Below, piece by piece: positions 12,214 through 26,038 of a stretch of 64,000 nt of DNA. The stretch spans positions 7,070,001-7,134,000 of the forward strand of contig NC_087246.1 in assembly GCF_037042905.1 (NCBI RefSeq). The letters run 5' to 3'. Made by a program: the position numbers and the translations under genes. The notes under the pieces were generated by a model, which had not been told where the DNA came from, did no database searches, and saw only the letters and a program-made list of their open reading frames with translations. Position 1 is the stretch's first letter. Each line of letters begins with the position of its first letter. Source of the stretch: Lytechinus pictus. Lineage: Eukaryota.

Positions 12214-15200
12214 GCTATGGATATTCAGTCCATGCACATTAGAAGTTTTAACCAATCAGATTGTGAGAAACTTTCTTTATACACTACAGCTATGGCGGTC
12301 TCCGTGGAGTTCATGATGCGCTTCCCTTTCATAGACAGATCCAGGGGGGGGGGGGCGAGCACTGAACTAGAAATACGTATTTCTAGTTCAGTGGGGGCGA
12401 GGCCCCCTCCCCTATTGGCGAAGCAAAAAAAGGGGGAAAGAAAAAAAGAAGGGGAGAAGAGGAAAACGAGCGAATAAAATAAGGTTGAGGGGAAGACTGA
12501 AAAGAAAACAAAATCTTTAATGTCACTATGACACTTTCGCTCGCGCTTCACCCTCGCATTGCCTGTTCGATGGGATATAGGCTACATATCTTGCTCAGTA
12601 GGCTGATATGGAGCTTAAATTATCAAGTTTTTAAGTCAATATACAAAACATTTATCAGCTTGGACATCGAGCTCTCATAATTTTGTTTGTTTGCAAATTG
12701 ATTTTAAAAAGCTGCTCTGTAAAATGTCCGTTTTATGGTCTGAATAATCAACAGTTATAGCTCGCATCATTTGAATTGTCAAGTATTGTCTTTGTGTATT
12801 CCATAACGTTTCAAAAATATCCCTTTACAGGTCTGATTGTCAAAACGTGTAGCGCTGCGTGCTCGCATTTTGTAAGTTATGTATACCTCTATATAAATAT
12901 ATAACAAACTACTTAAAATTCCCATTTCATGGCAGTTTATCAAAAATTTCAGCTCGCGATTTGCGCTCCCATTAATAATTGTTCAAAATTCATTACCCCA
13001 TATGCATCCTATTCATAATTACAAAAGTGCTTAAAATTTCAAGTTTTCAGGCCTTAATATATTTCGCGCTCTCATCAGGCTCATTAGATTCATAAATAAG
13101 ATAATATTTTAATGAATTCCTATAACCATGCTATAACTGAATTGTCCCCTTTTTCAGAATGGATTATGGACAAGTTTCATCTCGCGCTTAGAAAGAGGAA
13201 TAGGAAGATAATCATTATTCTAATATGATAGCACAATGTCTAAAGAATGTCCTGGTCCTGGGTCAAAATAATGATTAAATAATTATCAGCTCGTGCTTCG
13301 CGCTCGCATCCTTTATTAACTGCGATCCACAGCCACTTCACAATTTTCCTACAGTGCTTGAAAAAAATGCTTAAATTGACCCTTTTTAGATTAGAATATC
13401 AAATATTTTCAGCTCCCGCTCGCATTATTAATTTTCATGATATGAAAGAATGTATTCAAAATGCCAAGATTCTAGGTCTAAATCAAACACACGTGCACGC
13501 AATTATTATTGAGATACGCACCTTGTTCTTTATTTAAAACTTGCTTAAACATGTTTACAGTTTCAGATTAGAATATCAAGATTTCTGCTCGCGCTTCGCA
13601 CTCGCATTATTAATGTACATGTAGGAAGATGCCCAATTACCCATCCTTTTTATAAATCACATAACAAGAATAGAGTGTCCCGTTATTAGGTTTCAAATCT
13701 CCTTTTCCGCTCGCGCTTCACGCTCGCATCAAATATTGTTTAGTTATATGGTTTAATACCACTTGGTCTACTTATCACTTCGTCCAACTTCACATAGTCT
13801 AAACTCATTTCGTCTACAACCAGTTCGGCTAATATCCAATTTGTCTAATTTCCACTTGGTCTAATATCAAATTCGTCTAATTTCCATTTGGGCTAATAAC
13901 CAGTTGTGCTAATTCTCACTTGGTCTAATATCCAATTCGTCTAATTCCCACTTGGTCTAATATCCAATTCGTCTAATGACCACTTGGTCTAATAGCAAAA
14001 TGCTGGTCTAATGACCACTTGGTCTAATACCACTTTGGTCTAATGACCACTTGGTCTAATAGTCAAATGGTCTAATGACCACTTGGTATAATCTTATATA
14101 CTTCACCATGTTCATAAAGTTTTCTATTCAAACGAATATTATTACATAATATCAAACAATTTTACACGGTCATCTAATATTCACGGGCATGAAACAAAAA
14201 ATAGGTAAAAACGAGAAAAGGTAAAATTGGCAACACATTTTATTATAAAGGTATACATTTTTGGAATTCCCTCCCTAATCATGTTAAATCGGTTAAGACT
14301 TTTACACAATCTAAAAGAGTATTGAAACAACACTTAAAAATGTCCCCACTCTGTAATGTTAAATATTCTTTCTAATTTCATGTGTATCGTGTAGTCTTAT
14401 ATATAACTATTTAGTTATGATTTATTTAATCAACTTGTTTGACATTGTTTCATCATCTTTTGTTGTTTGCGTGAAAGTTTGATGTCAAACTTATTTGTAC
14501 TTTTTCATATCTTAGGTTTGTATTAGTATTAGTTACGATGCATTTAGCGCTACTTAAAAACTGATTATTATAATTCTCATATGTAACTTAGAAGTAATGA
14601 TCGTTTACTCAACATGTTTTACATTAATTTTATTTTAATCATATTTTGTCGACTGCGTAAATGTTTTTCATGGCAAAATTATTTGTTTTTGTCTTTTTAT
14701 ATATCAAATTTTACAATTCATCGTGTTAATTTAGTGGTCTACACTTAATTGATGTAGTTTGTAGATTTCTATAGGTGTTTTTTTCATAGATGTACATTGT
14801 CTTCAATTACTGATGTAAGGACCACATTGGAAATAAGCCATCTCGGCTTTCATGGGCAATCCTGTCAAGGTATACACTTCTGTTCATATTTTCTTGTACT
14901 TGTTCATAGTTACCTGACAAATAAAATAAAATAAAATAAAATCAATCGCCAATTGGTCTAATGCCCAGTTGGGCGAATCGTCATTTGGTATAATTTTCAT
15001 TTGGTCTAATTCACACTTGGTCTAATGTCCATTTATTCTCATAATTCATTATTATTTATTTGATCTAGAATTAACAAAATATGGTACGTAATGGATAATA
15101 TCATGCATCAGTTAATACATGTCGCCAGAATCCGGAGGGGTAGGGCTGCTGGGCGCAAAACCTCACCGTGAAGGACTATCGATGACGAGATAGTTGCTCA

Positions 15201-16025
15201 TCAAATGAATTATTCTAATCAAATATAATTCTTATTATTAGACCTATATGATTATCGATAATATAGATGATGATGAAAACTATATCATACTCATCATTAC
15301 ATCACATTTACAGAACAATAAGTTGGGACCTTGTAGCTTGTAATGGTCGAATGGCATGGTTTCATCAGAATAACATTATGAAGACAGGAACGAAACTATA
15401 ATTGTGTGGATACGTAATTATCTGGTAAACATGTTTATGCATCTTTTAAATCATTGTTATGCACCATTACGGACAATACTTGAACTTGATGGAAAATAAG
15501 TAATAGTTATGCAGTTTGGGGGATTCCAAAGGTTACAAAGCCATTAGATCCCATCAATTTTTTATGAATATTTTGTTAAGTTATTTCAATAGTAAGTTTG
15601 GAGGCAAATAACAGACCAGTTAGATACAGTTTAATAACACTATACAGCTTTATTGAGTTAGCTGCGACAACATCACGTCGACCATCTTAGTAGCAGCCAT
15701 AACTCATTCTGACGTGTAATAACATAGTATATCTACGCTTGCAGACCTCTATCAGTTATCACCACAGTTTTTTGTTCTACTTCTTCGCCTCTTCCTTAAA
15801 ATGGATTGGCAGGGTTCCCAGCCCATCAGGGAAAAATCAGGGAATTACCTCAAATCAGAGGAAAATGCCTTAATTAATGGTGTGTATTTTAGTGTAGCCT
15901 ATTTTACTATGCCTACTGGTACATAATTAAAAATAATAATAGGCATACATGTACAGTATATAAAAAATAATACAAGTAATTCACTGCAACAACTTAGAAA
16001 AATGACAAACTGGGAATGGGTTTAA

Positions 16026-19000
16026 TAGTAGACCGGCCAAACGTCAAAAAGTGCTCTAGATAAGGATTCGACGGCAAAATTTGTTAATGCTTGGCATCCC
16101 AGCTAAAAGTCTTGCAAAAATACCCAGGAATAGCGTACGGCCGGATGCCAAGCGCAATTTTGCGTGAAAGTGTCATTTTTAGCGTAAAATCTTAAAGAAT
16201 GTCAAAAATCACGCATTTTTATATTTTGACGGATTATCATCATATTTTTGATTATCTTTGATATAGTATCATTTTTATTCAGAGTTTCAAGTTATAAGTC
16301 TCATAATATGCTTTTCAAATTTGAATATTACACACACACATATTGCACAATGAAACATAAAACCGCGATTTCCTCAAAATAAAAGTTTGTGAAAACTATC
16401 AATAGTTTGAAGTTTTTTTACGCAACTTAAATTCTTCGATTAAAATGCGTTTATCCATCGAATGTATAGTAAATATCCCAATGCCACGAATATTAAAAGA
16501 ATTTTCAAGTAAGATGGAAGATATCTAATGTTATGTTATCCGAAAGGAGACAATGTGCATTTTACCAGGTGTGCATTTTGAAAGAAAAATTGAAAATACC
16601 GTACATTATGTACATAATTACATGTATATATACATTCTAAAGCGAGTTTTTAATTACATGTATAAGTACATACTAAAGCGAGTTTTAATTGGATAGCACA
16701 ATTTGTCAATTCTTTGCATCCCAGCTAAAAGTCTTGCGGAAATACTAAGGAATAACTTACGGGCGGATGCCAAGTGCACTTTTGCGTAAAAGTATCATTT
16801 TTAGCGTAAAATCTGAAAGACTGTCGAAAATCACGCATTTTGATATTTTGACGGATTATCATCATATTTTTTATTATCTTTGATATGGAATTATTTTTAT
16901 TCAGAGTTTCAAAATATAAGTCTACTAAATAAGCATTTCAATTTGGAATATTACACACACATATATGGCACTATGAAATATAAAATCGTGATTTATTTAA
17001 AATAAAAGTTTGTGAAAACTATCAATGGTATAATGTTTGTGCTCCGCATCTCAATTTCGTCAATTTTAGCGCTAACCGAATAAATACATAATAATTGTTG
17101 CCATGTCACATATAGTGAAAAAATTGAAATAAAACACAAAATATATCATTTAATGTTATATGCGAAAGATAACAATGTAAATTTTATCGGATGCGCATTT
17201 CTGATAAAAAAAAAACAGCGCACAATGTTACATCTATATTGCACATAAATGATATACTAATATTAATCAGTGCGATACTCGTCATATTAGGATTATGTTT
17301 ACTTTTGTAGAGTTCGATCCTCTTGCTATTTCCGCGAATGAATTGGTGCTGAACGTAAATCTACCTGTGGCGATATTCATAAATAGGTCTGATATCTAAT
17401 TTGCCGTTACCATGGTAACATTAATGTTATAGGAATATCTATATCCCAAAACATAGAAAATATACATGTATGAATAAAAAACGATTGAATTAGCATTTTT
17501 TAAACTACTCTTTCAATCTACATTTTACTTCAGTTATTGGATTATCAAAGTCTAAAAAAAATATGGCCGTTGCCACGTCAATGCCTAATGTTTGTCTCGC
17601 CTGCATAGCAGAGCAGGACTAAAGGGGCTACTTTTCCGGCGGAGGCGACAGTAGTTTCGATATAACAGCGTCATATCAACCATGAAATCTAACCAAGGTT
17701 ACGTTTTTTGAAAAAAAATAAAAAATTAATGACACTTATAAGAGTATTCAGGTATTACTGATCGTCTTGCACAAGTTTTAGATCACATGATTAAGGTCAA
17801 AGGTCATTTAATAGAGTCACTGAACTTTGGCCATATGGGGGTATTTTTTGAAATGTCATCATAACTTTTAAATTTTATTGATCCAGTTCATGATTAAACT
17901 TGAACATAAGGGTATTAAGGTATCATCGATCATTTTGCACAAATTTCAGGTCACATGATCAAGGTCATACGTCATTTAGGTTCGATGAGCTTATTATTTT
18001 ATTATCACATGAATGGCGCTTTTGTGAATAATTATTAGTTTCAGTTGTTTCCAATGTTCTGCTGCTATAATTATTATGTGAAAATAGGAATAATAAATGT
18101 TATTTGGTCTTTTGCATTGCCAGTTACAATTTTTATTCAGTTTATTTTACTTCATTATCATAGGTCCATGCTGTTATATATCGTAGTCTAAGACGGGGGC
18201 CGAACAGCCCGACCCTGGGCAGCTCTGGACATACAATGACTGTATTGCCAATGCCATTTGGGGAAATGCAGTTGTACGACCATCTATATTACAATATCTG
18301 CGCTGGACGCTAGTCATTAGCCTTTAGATTTGTTTGTCATAATGGTCGTACGACTGCATTTCCCAACATGGCAATACATGTGATGAAATGAGCTTTTGGA
18401 AGAACCTACTCTTTTGGTATTTCAAACATCATTCTCCGCAGATGAAAACTCTTAGCTCATGCAAATGGTTTTTGACCGATCTTTTTTAATTTCTGGTCTA
18501 ATGAACTGTTCAATTAACTGATTAAAGATAACGTAGTTGCATGAAACAATGCCTTCTACATTCTAAAATTGGGAATATGAGCTACGGACACTGACGTAAG
18601 CCTTTTGATGGAAGATGCATGGAAGTGAAGGGAGGGGGAAATTTGCCCCCCCCCCAAAAAAAAAAAAAAAAATCAAGAAAAAGCATAAAACAACAGAAGC
18701 AAAATAATGGAAAGCTCGTTGGGGAGGGGGTCATTTATGTATTTATTCTTTTATTTATTCATATGTTTATACATAATTATATATCTATTTATTTATAATG
18801 ACCTCAATTGAATGTAAATATTGTAATTTTAAATTTTTTTTCGTAATAAACACAAATTCTTCCCTAAATTAAGGCTTTTGTTAAAAAGACTTGGTCAGTC
18901 AGCTCACTGACCAGCAGCTTATAGCTAGGATTTTGTCAGCAGAGGAGCACGGGGGCGGGGCTTGGTATTTTGCAGGGGGTACCAAAATAGATTCATTTAT

Positions 19001-21450
19001 CAAGTATTTATTATTAAGTACATATTAGCTTTATTCTAACAAGCACGATTAAGTATCCGTCAAGGCCAAATATATTTGAATAATGCGAGCGCGAAGCGCA
19101 AGCAGTTTTTGTATATGCCATGAAATTTAGAGCTGAGAGTTAGAAAGTTACACAATTCGTAAGTGTAATCATGAACATGATTCGTATCTAATTGTAATGT
19201 GAAAATTTCAGAATTTTTTTATATTCTGACAGGAAAACGGAGCATTTAATACATATTTTTTTTAAATAATATATAGGCTATTAATGCGAGCGCGAAACGC
19301 ATCTGATTTTTATATTCCAATCCGTAAACTGGACATTTTGATGACGTTTTGAAATAAAGAATGTTATGTATCTGTAAAAAAAAAGCCAGTACAAGCCGAG
19401 CTGGCTTTTTTTTAATTAGAAACGAAACATTCTAAGGCGCGATAGCTCAATCGGTAGTGAGGGGGATTCGGATTCCGGTGGCCTGGGTTCGATTCCCACT
19501 TGGTGCGCTAGTGCCAAGTAAGGCATTTTAATGCCTTACTAGTAATGGAAGTAAGGCATTTTAATCCTCATTATAGGTCCCTCGGAGAGTACCTTAAGCC
19601 ATCGGTCCTCTGGTTGCTTGCTTAGAAGCATTCATGAACAATGCGAGCGCGAAGCGTGAGCTGAAAATTTCGAATTAAACGAATGATTTTAAACATGTTT
19701 TTAATGTAGAAAAAGATGAATATCTTACTAAATAAAAACGTTAGCGCAAAAACGCGAGTTAAAATTGGGAGAGACTAAGAGCTAAAAATTTGACATAATT
19801 TTATAATTGACTGGATGTGTATTTAACTAAACAACGTGAGCGCGAACGGCTAGCTAAATTTTTTCAATTTTCTAAGAAGTTGACACTTCAAGCATGTTTT
19901 TTTTAAACAGATAGCAAGTTGTTTATCTCATCTATTAATGCCAGCACGAAGCTCAAGTCGAAAATTTAATTGTCATCTTTTTGTAATCCCGTATAGGGTG
20001 CCTGTCTCGCTTAACCAAAATAAAATATACACTCGAATCGCGAGCAGAATACTTCGGGTATATTATCTTGAAAATGGGATACTTTTCAGCTCTATGTTAT
20101 CCTTTCGGACACTACACATGACCTTAGGCAGCGGGGGGAGGGGGGGGGGGCAGAGACAGTTGCGGCCAGACATTTTGTAACTCGTTTTAAGTATGTACTT
20201 ATTCATTGAATTATGTTTATAATGTACGGTATCTTCAATTTTACATTCAAAATGCCCCCCCCCCCGATAAATTGTGCATGTCCCCTTTCGGAAAATACAT
20301 ATTCCATCTTACTTGAAAATTCTTTTAATATTTGTGACATTAGAAACGATCGATATTCAATATATGAACCAATTAAAATCGAAGAATTTAAGTTGTAAAA
20401 AAACTTAGAACTATTGATAGTTTTCACAAACTTTTATTTTGAGTGAATCACGAATTTTAATGTCATATTGCCATATATGTGTGTGTAATATTCCAAATTG
20501 AAATGCTTATTTAGTAGATTTATATTTTGAAACTCTGAATAAAAATAATTCCATATCAAAGATAATAAAAAATATGATGATGATCCGTCAAAATATCAAA
20601 ATGCGTGATTTTCGACAGTCTTTCAGATTTTACGCTAAAAATGATACTTTCACGCAAAAGTGCACTTGGCATCCGCCCGTAAGTTATTCCTTAGTATTTC
20701 CGCAAGACTTTTAGCTGGGATGCAAAGAATTGACAAACTGTGCTATCCAATTAAAAACTCGCTTTAGTATGTACTTATACATGTAATTAAAAACTCGCTT
20801 TAGTATGTACTTATACATGTAATTAAAAACTCGCTTTAGTATGTACTTATACATGTAATTATGTACATAATGTACGGTATTTTCAATTTTTCTTTCAAAA
20901 TGCGCACCTGGTAAAATGCACATTGTCTCCTTTCGGATAACATAAAATGAGATATCTTCCATCTTACTTGAAAATTCTTTTAATATTTGTGGCATTGGGA
21001 CATTTACTATACATTCGATGGATAAACGCATTTTAATCGAAGAATTTAAGTTGCGTAAAAAAACTTCAAACTATTGATAGTTTTCACAAACTTTTATTTT
21101 GAGGAAATCGCGGTTTTATGTTTCATTGTGCAATATGTGTGTGTGTAATATTCAAATTTGAAAAGCATATTATGAGACTTATAACTTGAAACTCTGAATA
21201 AAAATGATACTATATCAAAGATAATCAAAAATATGATGATAATCCGTCAAAATATTAAAATGCGTGATTTTTTACATTCTTTCAGATTTTACGCTAAAAA
21301 TGACACTTTCACGCAAAATTGCGCTTGGCATCCGGCCGTACGCTATTCCTGGGTATTTTTGCAAGACAATTAGCTGGGATGCCAAGCATTAGCAAGCATT
21401 AACAAATTTTGCCGTCCAAAGTATAAAAAATCGTTTTGGCCGGTCTACTA
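16026..21450. mobile_element. Non-autonomous DNA transposon with ~1-kb TIRs and a 3-bp TAA TSD (Academ-like by inference)
   Basis: TAA|TAGTAGACCGGCCAAA…TTTGGCCGGTCTACTA|TAA; 16026-~17030 is nearly identical to the reverse complement of ~20400-21450. Confidence 0.85.
19436..19635 (+). mobile_element. tRNA-derived SINE
   Basis: GGCGCGA…TAGCTCAATCGG A box and GGTTCGATTCCC B box, followed by a non-tRNA body; anticodon arm degenerate. Confidence 0.7.
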
Positions 21451-23676
21451 TAAATAATAATCAGGGAATTTTTAAACTTCATCAGAGAAAAATCAGGGAT
21501 TTTTGTTTTGTTGAAAAACTGGGAACCCTGATGGGGTTATGCAAGCCATTAACTATCTACAGTATATCGTATAGGCCTACATAGATGTGGATAAATAAAA
21601 TTCTTACTTTTTTCACCTCTATGATCGTTTATCAGCGTTATTTTACAGAAAATAGCAAATTTTGTTTTTCACAAAAACCTTCAAAAGTCCCCTTAAATAG
21701 AAAAAATATCCCAAAAATTTGTTTAATCCCCAAATATGTTTTTTTTCTTCCCCAAAGGCTTTTGAACATCTTTAAATTTTCAAAATTTGAGGATGGAAGT
21801 ATACCGTACGTCACTCTAACTCTACTCCAATATCAAGGGGCGTGCGTGTGAAGATTTGAAGCCGGCGCGCGGCTTCAAACTTAACAAATTTTGACCAGAA
21901 TTTTGAAAATAAATCACCAAACTTAAAAAATTAGACCAAGTGGCATGTAGACGAAATGAATGTTAGACTATCTGGAAGTTAGACCAAGTGGAAATTAGCC
22001 GAAATGGAAATTAGACAAACTGCACACTAGACGAACTGAGTAATGGACCAAGTGAGGATTAGCCGAACTGGGTATTAGACCAATTGGCTATTAGATCAAG
22101 TGGTCATTAGACCAATTGGCTATTAGACCAAGTGGTCATTAGACCAATTGGCCATTAGACCAAGTGGCCATTAGACAAATTGGCTATGAGACCAAGTGGT
22201 CATTAGACCAAAAGAGAATTGGACTAAGTGGGTTTAGTTCGAATGTTGTTAGCCCATCTGATGATTAGACCAAGTGATGTTAGACTAACCGTCAGTAAAC
22301 CAGTTATATACCTATCCCGTTCATGATTAAAAAAAGTGCTTAGAATTAGAAATTTAATTTTTTTAGGTCGGAATGTAAAACTTTGAAATGTTCGGCTCGC
22401 GCTTCGCGCTCGCATCATTTAATTGTTGAAGATGTATCGTCTTCATGGCTAGCTGTTAACAGTCCTTAAGTCCCTTTTAAGATCATGCCAAAACTAAGCA
22501 AATCGCAGTAATATTATCTAGTTACATACTAATCATGTTCAGGATCACAAACATTGCCCAGATGTTCAATTTTCAGGACAAAATACATGAAATTTCCAAA
22601 AGTTTGATGTTGTTTTATAAGAATAAATTAACAATGACAATCAGGACTACCCCTTAAAAAAAAACAGAAATCAACTTTGAGCGGCCGATTGGGGAAAATG
22701 TGGGTGAAAAAAAAATCGTCCCCGGCCCCCTAATGAAATTGTAACATTTGAACGTCGATCCGTCGATCTCTATGTAATATATTTACCAAAAGCAATCACA
22801 AGACATGGGCGGATCCAGCTTCGGCGGCGTCAAGTCGGCTTCTCTGGGCCGGTGTATCTCGCTGTGATGTGTCTTGACGCCGCCGAAGCCTTCGTTTGTG
22901 TGTGCTCTAAGTTAGCACTAGCACTGTGTTACCGGCCATTACCCAGATGAGCTGCCTTCTGCCATCCGCCGTCGAAAGGCGGCGGAAGGCAGCTCATCTG
23001 GGTAATGGCCGGTAACACAGTGCTAGTGCTAACTTAGAGCACACACAAACGAATCATTTGGCAAAAATGGCAAGCCAAATAGTCTATTACGGTAATAAAA
23101 TAAATTCAATGGAAGAACTTGACTTGAGCTACTTCCATGCACGAGAAGGCCAGCAACTTCTCAGTGAATGAAATTGAAATTGTAACATTTTGAACGTCGA
23201 TCTCTGTAATAATTATATCTATATATATATCTCTGTAATAACCAAAAGCAAACAAAAGAGAAGCACTATGAACTCCATGGAGTTCATAGCTGTAGCTGTA
23301 GCGTAGAGAAAGTTTCTTACAGTATGATTGGTTAAAACTTCTAACGTGGACTGAACAGCTTGGTTAAAACTATACAACTATACAACTATGCAACCGTACA
23401 ACTATACTGCTATGGCGAAATCTGTTAACGGCCATGGCTGTATGGTTTCTCGCGTTCTAATTGGTTAACTAACTACGCAGCTGTCATCCACAGCTGCAAA
23501 GTTGTTTAGATGTCATTTTATGACAATTTGGCCCGCAAACGTGGCAACTAATACAGGCATGGCTGTAAAGTTGTTCAGTTGCATATATAGTTGTAAAGTT
23601 TCCTTTGTTTTGATTGGTCAAAACTGTACAACTATACATCTTCTCGAAGGCTGTATAATGGCACCATCGGCCCGCC

Positions 23677-26038
23677 ATGTTTGTGCGCATCATGATCTGC
23701 GCACATTTTACAATGAACTGGTGATTTAATCAGTTGTAGGTAATGTGAGCTGATTTTTCTCCTTATCTGCACTAACTGTAGATCTGATGTTATTTTATGA
23801 AGCTAATAAACTAGAATTATTCCATGGACCATTTTTTTTTATTCCTCTACAATTTCAAAATAGTTTCTCTGTAGTGCTGCAAAGTATGATGAATATGACC
23901 CCGAGTTTGAATAAATGGAAAAGTGGTTCGGAATTTTTCCTCACATAGATACTGCTTTTGGCGCGTTTTCGGGTGTTTTAAGAAAAGCAAATTTCTTCTT
24001 CTTCTTCCTGTTACTGCAGGCAAACTCCTCAATCGGGATATAATTGCTGCAGGCGTGTGTGGCTAGTGATGAATTTGAATTAATGGTGTGCTCCCCGGAT
24101 GAAAGTAGACATTTGAATTTTGTTTAGCCTTGTCTTAAAACCATCGACCGATTTAGCTTCACGTATGTCTACTGGTAGCAGATTCCATTCTGTCATAGTC
24201 CTTGGAAGGAAGGAGTACTTGAAGCAATCTTTTTTTGTTGTTGGTCGGGAGAAAGAGATTGACGATGATTTCCGTGTCCTGACAGAATTTTGAGAGGGAG
24301 TTGTTAAGTATCGACCTACGTTGATTGAAGCACTGTGATTTACAGATTTATATAAAAGTGTAAGTCTTGAGATAGCTCTTGTATCTTCGAGAGATTTCCA
24401 TTCAAGTGACTTCAGCATCTGGGAAACACTACTGGTTCTCCTGTGATCTTTACAGACGAATCTAGCGGCTCTTCGTTGAACTGCTTCTAATCTACTGATC
24501 TGGTCTTTCGTGTATGGGTCACACACAGAAGCACAGTACTCCAACTTTGGACGTACTAACACTTTGCTCTCATACATGTAATAGAGTGCTGATAGTTTGA
24601 AAACAAGCACATGAACCCATAATTTTTAATGTTTGCACCTCTTAGTTATACCTTCCTCTACAAATTTGCAAAGTTTGGTGTAAATGACATGGGTTTTGAA
24701 TAAAGTGCAGCATTTCTTTTACTTCTCAAGTTTGTTATTGAAATTTGAAATTTTTTAGGTTAAAAATCATTCCCGCAATTTCTAAGAACTGAGAGTGTTG
24801 TTACACTTAAATGAACAAACAATTGACAGAAATAGAGATAGATTATCCATCTGACGGATAATCTATCTTTTAATCTATTATTAATCATATTGCAAAATTT
24901 GATGAAATTTTCATGGATTTTGACTAAGTAATAGGACTTTAAACTCATTGTTGTGATCTCGTGAGGTCTAAAAATGCCACATTCTTTTGGATGCGCAATT
25001 TTCGGTAAACTTTGAAGCTCTATAGCAAAAAATCAAACACATGGACCCATGCCTTTTTTTTTGCATATTTGGAATATTCAGGTGCTAAAGTATCTATGTG
25101 CAAAGTATGATAAAAATGACATGGATTTTCAATGTTTGGGAGCAAGACTACGGAACCATTCACATTTTAGAGGGTATTAACAGACTTTTGCTTGTTTTCG
25201 GCGCTTTTTAGGCGATTTTCAAGCCAACTTGCAACACTTGGGACACCAATAGTTTAAAAACGAGCACATGGACCACATATTTTTAATATTTTAATGTCTT
25301 CACAATATATTCTTCTACAAATCTGGAGAGTATGATGAAAATGATATGAATTTTTGAATGTTTGGGGGCAAAACTACGGAACCATTCGCATTTAGACGGC
25401 ATTATTACACTTTTGCACGTTTTGGGCGCATTTTGGGCGATTTTCATGCCAACTCGCATCTCTTTGGACACTCATAGTTAAAAAACGAGCACATGGACCC
25501 CATACTTTAATTTCCCTACACCTTTGATATGCATTCCTCTACAATTTAGCTGAATTTGATGAAAATGACATGGATTTTGAATAAAGTGCAGCTTACAAAA
25601 TACTTTTTTAATTTTTAAGTAGATTTACGTCTTTGAAGATTTGTTTTGCCGAGTTTTTGCACCATTCTTGCCAAATGAGGGCGCTGTTGACTCCAAATAG
25701 ATAAAGCTTTACCAATTAAAAGACTTTCTCTTACTTTGGTATACACTTTGTTATATATCTTGAAAATTTGATGAAGTTTGATGCGGTATCCACTGAGAAA
25801 AGATGATTTAAACTCATTTGGTGAATTCGTGGGGTCTAAGAAAATTAAGCATAATTCTCTTGATTGCGCAAGATTGCATATCATTCAAACACGGCGATTT
25901 TGAAGACCCGTAGAAAAAAAATAAGCACATCATGAACCTCTATTATTTTTTGCATTTTCATAATGCATAGATACCAAAGTAACTCTCTGCAAAATCTGGT
26001 GAAAATGAGATGGACTTCATTTTAACTGTGGAACGTCC
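23677..26038. mobile_element. Family C element, longer copy with the left TIR lost and a nested LINE fragment
   Basis: Colinear with 31118-32040; ends TAACTGTGGAACGTCC|TTAA; internal AAAATGACATGGATTTT and AGCACATGGACC repeats. Confidence 0.8.
23992..24560 (-). mobile_element. 3' fragment of a CR1/L2-group LINE with a (GAA)n tail
   Basis: VRPKLEYCASV.DPY…LEAVQRRAARFV…YSFLPRT..EWN.LP; inserted inside a Kolobok-like element. Confidence 0.85.

Larger units (their letters stand above)
15810..21530. mobile_element. MITE with CAGGGTTCCCAG TIRs split by a nested element
   Basis: CAGGGTTCCCAG / CTGGGAACCCTG termini; ATCAGGGAA subterminal repeats at both ends. Confidence 0.75.
13750..22301. mobile_element. 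Foldback-like element with inverted arrays of 16-bp repeats, expanded by nested insertions
   Basis: GGTTTA…TAAACC termini; 8-bp TSD AGTTATAT; CCACTTGGTCTAATGA arrays at 13750-14092 and 14944-15030, inverted array at 21930-22301. Confidence 0.85.

Noticed and set aside
13750..14092. Regularly spaced short repeats resembling a CRISPR array
   Set aside because: Contiguous 16-bp tandem units with no unique spacers, mirrored at 21930-22301; eukaryotic context and no cas genes.
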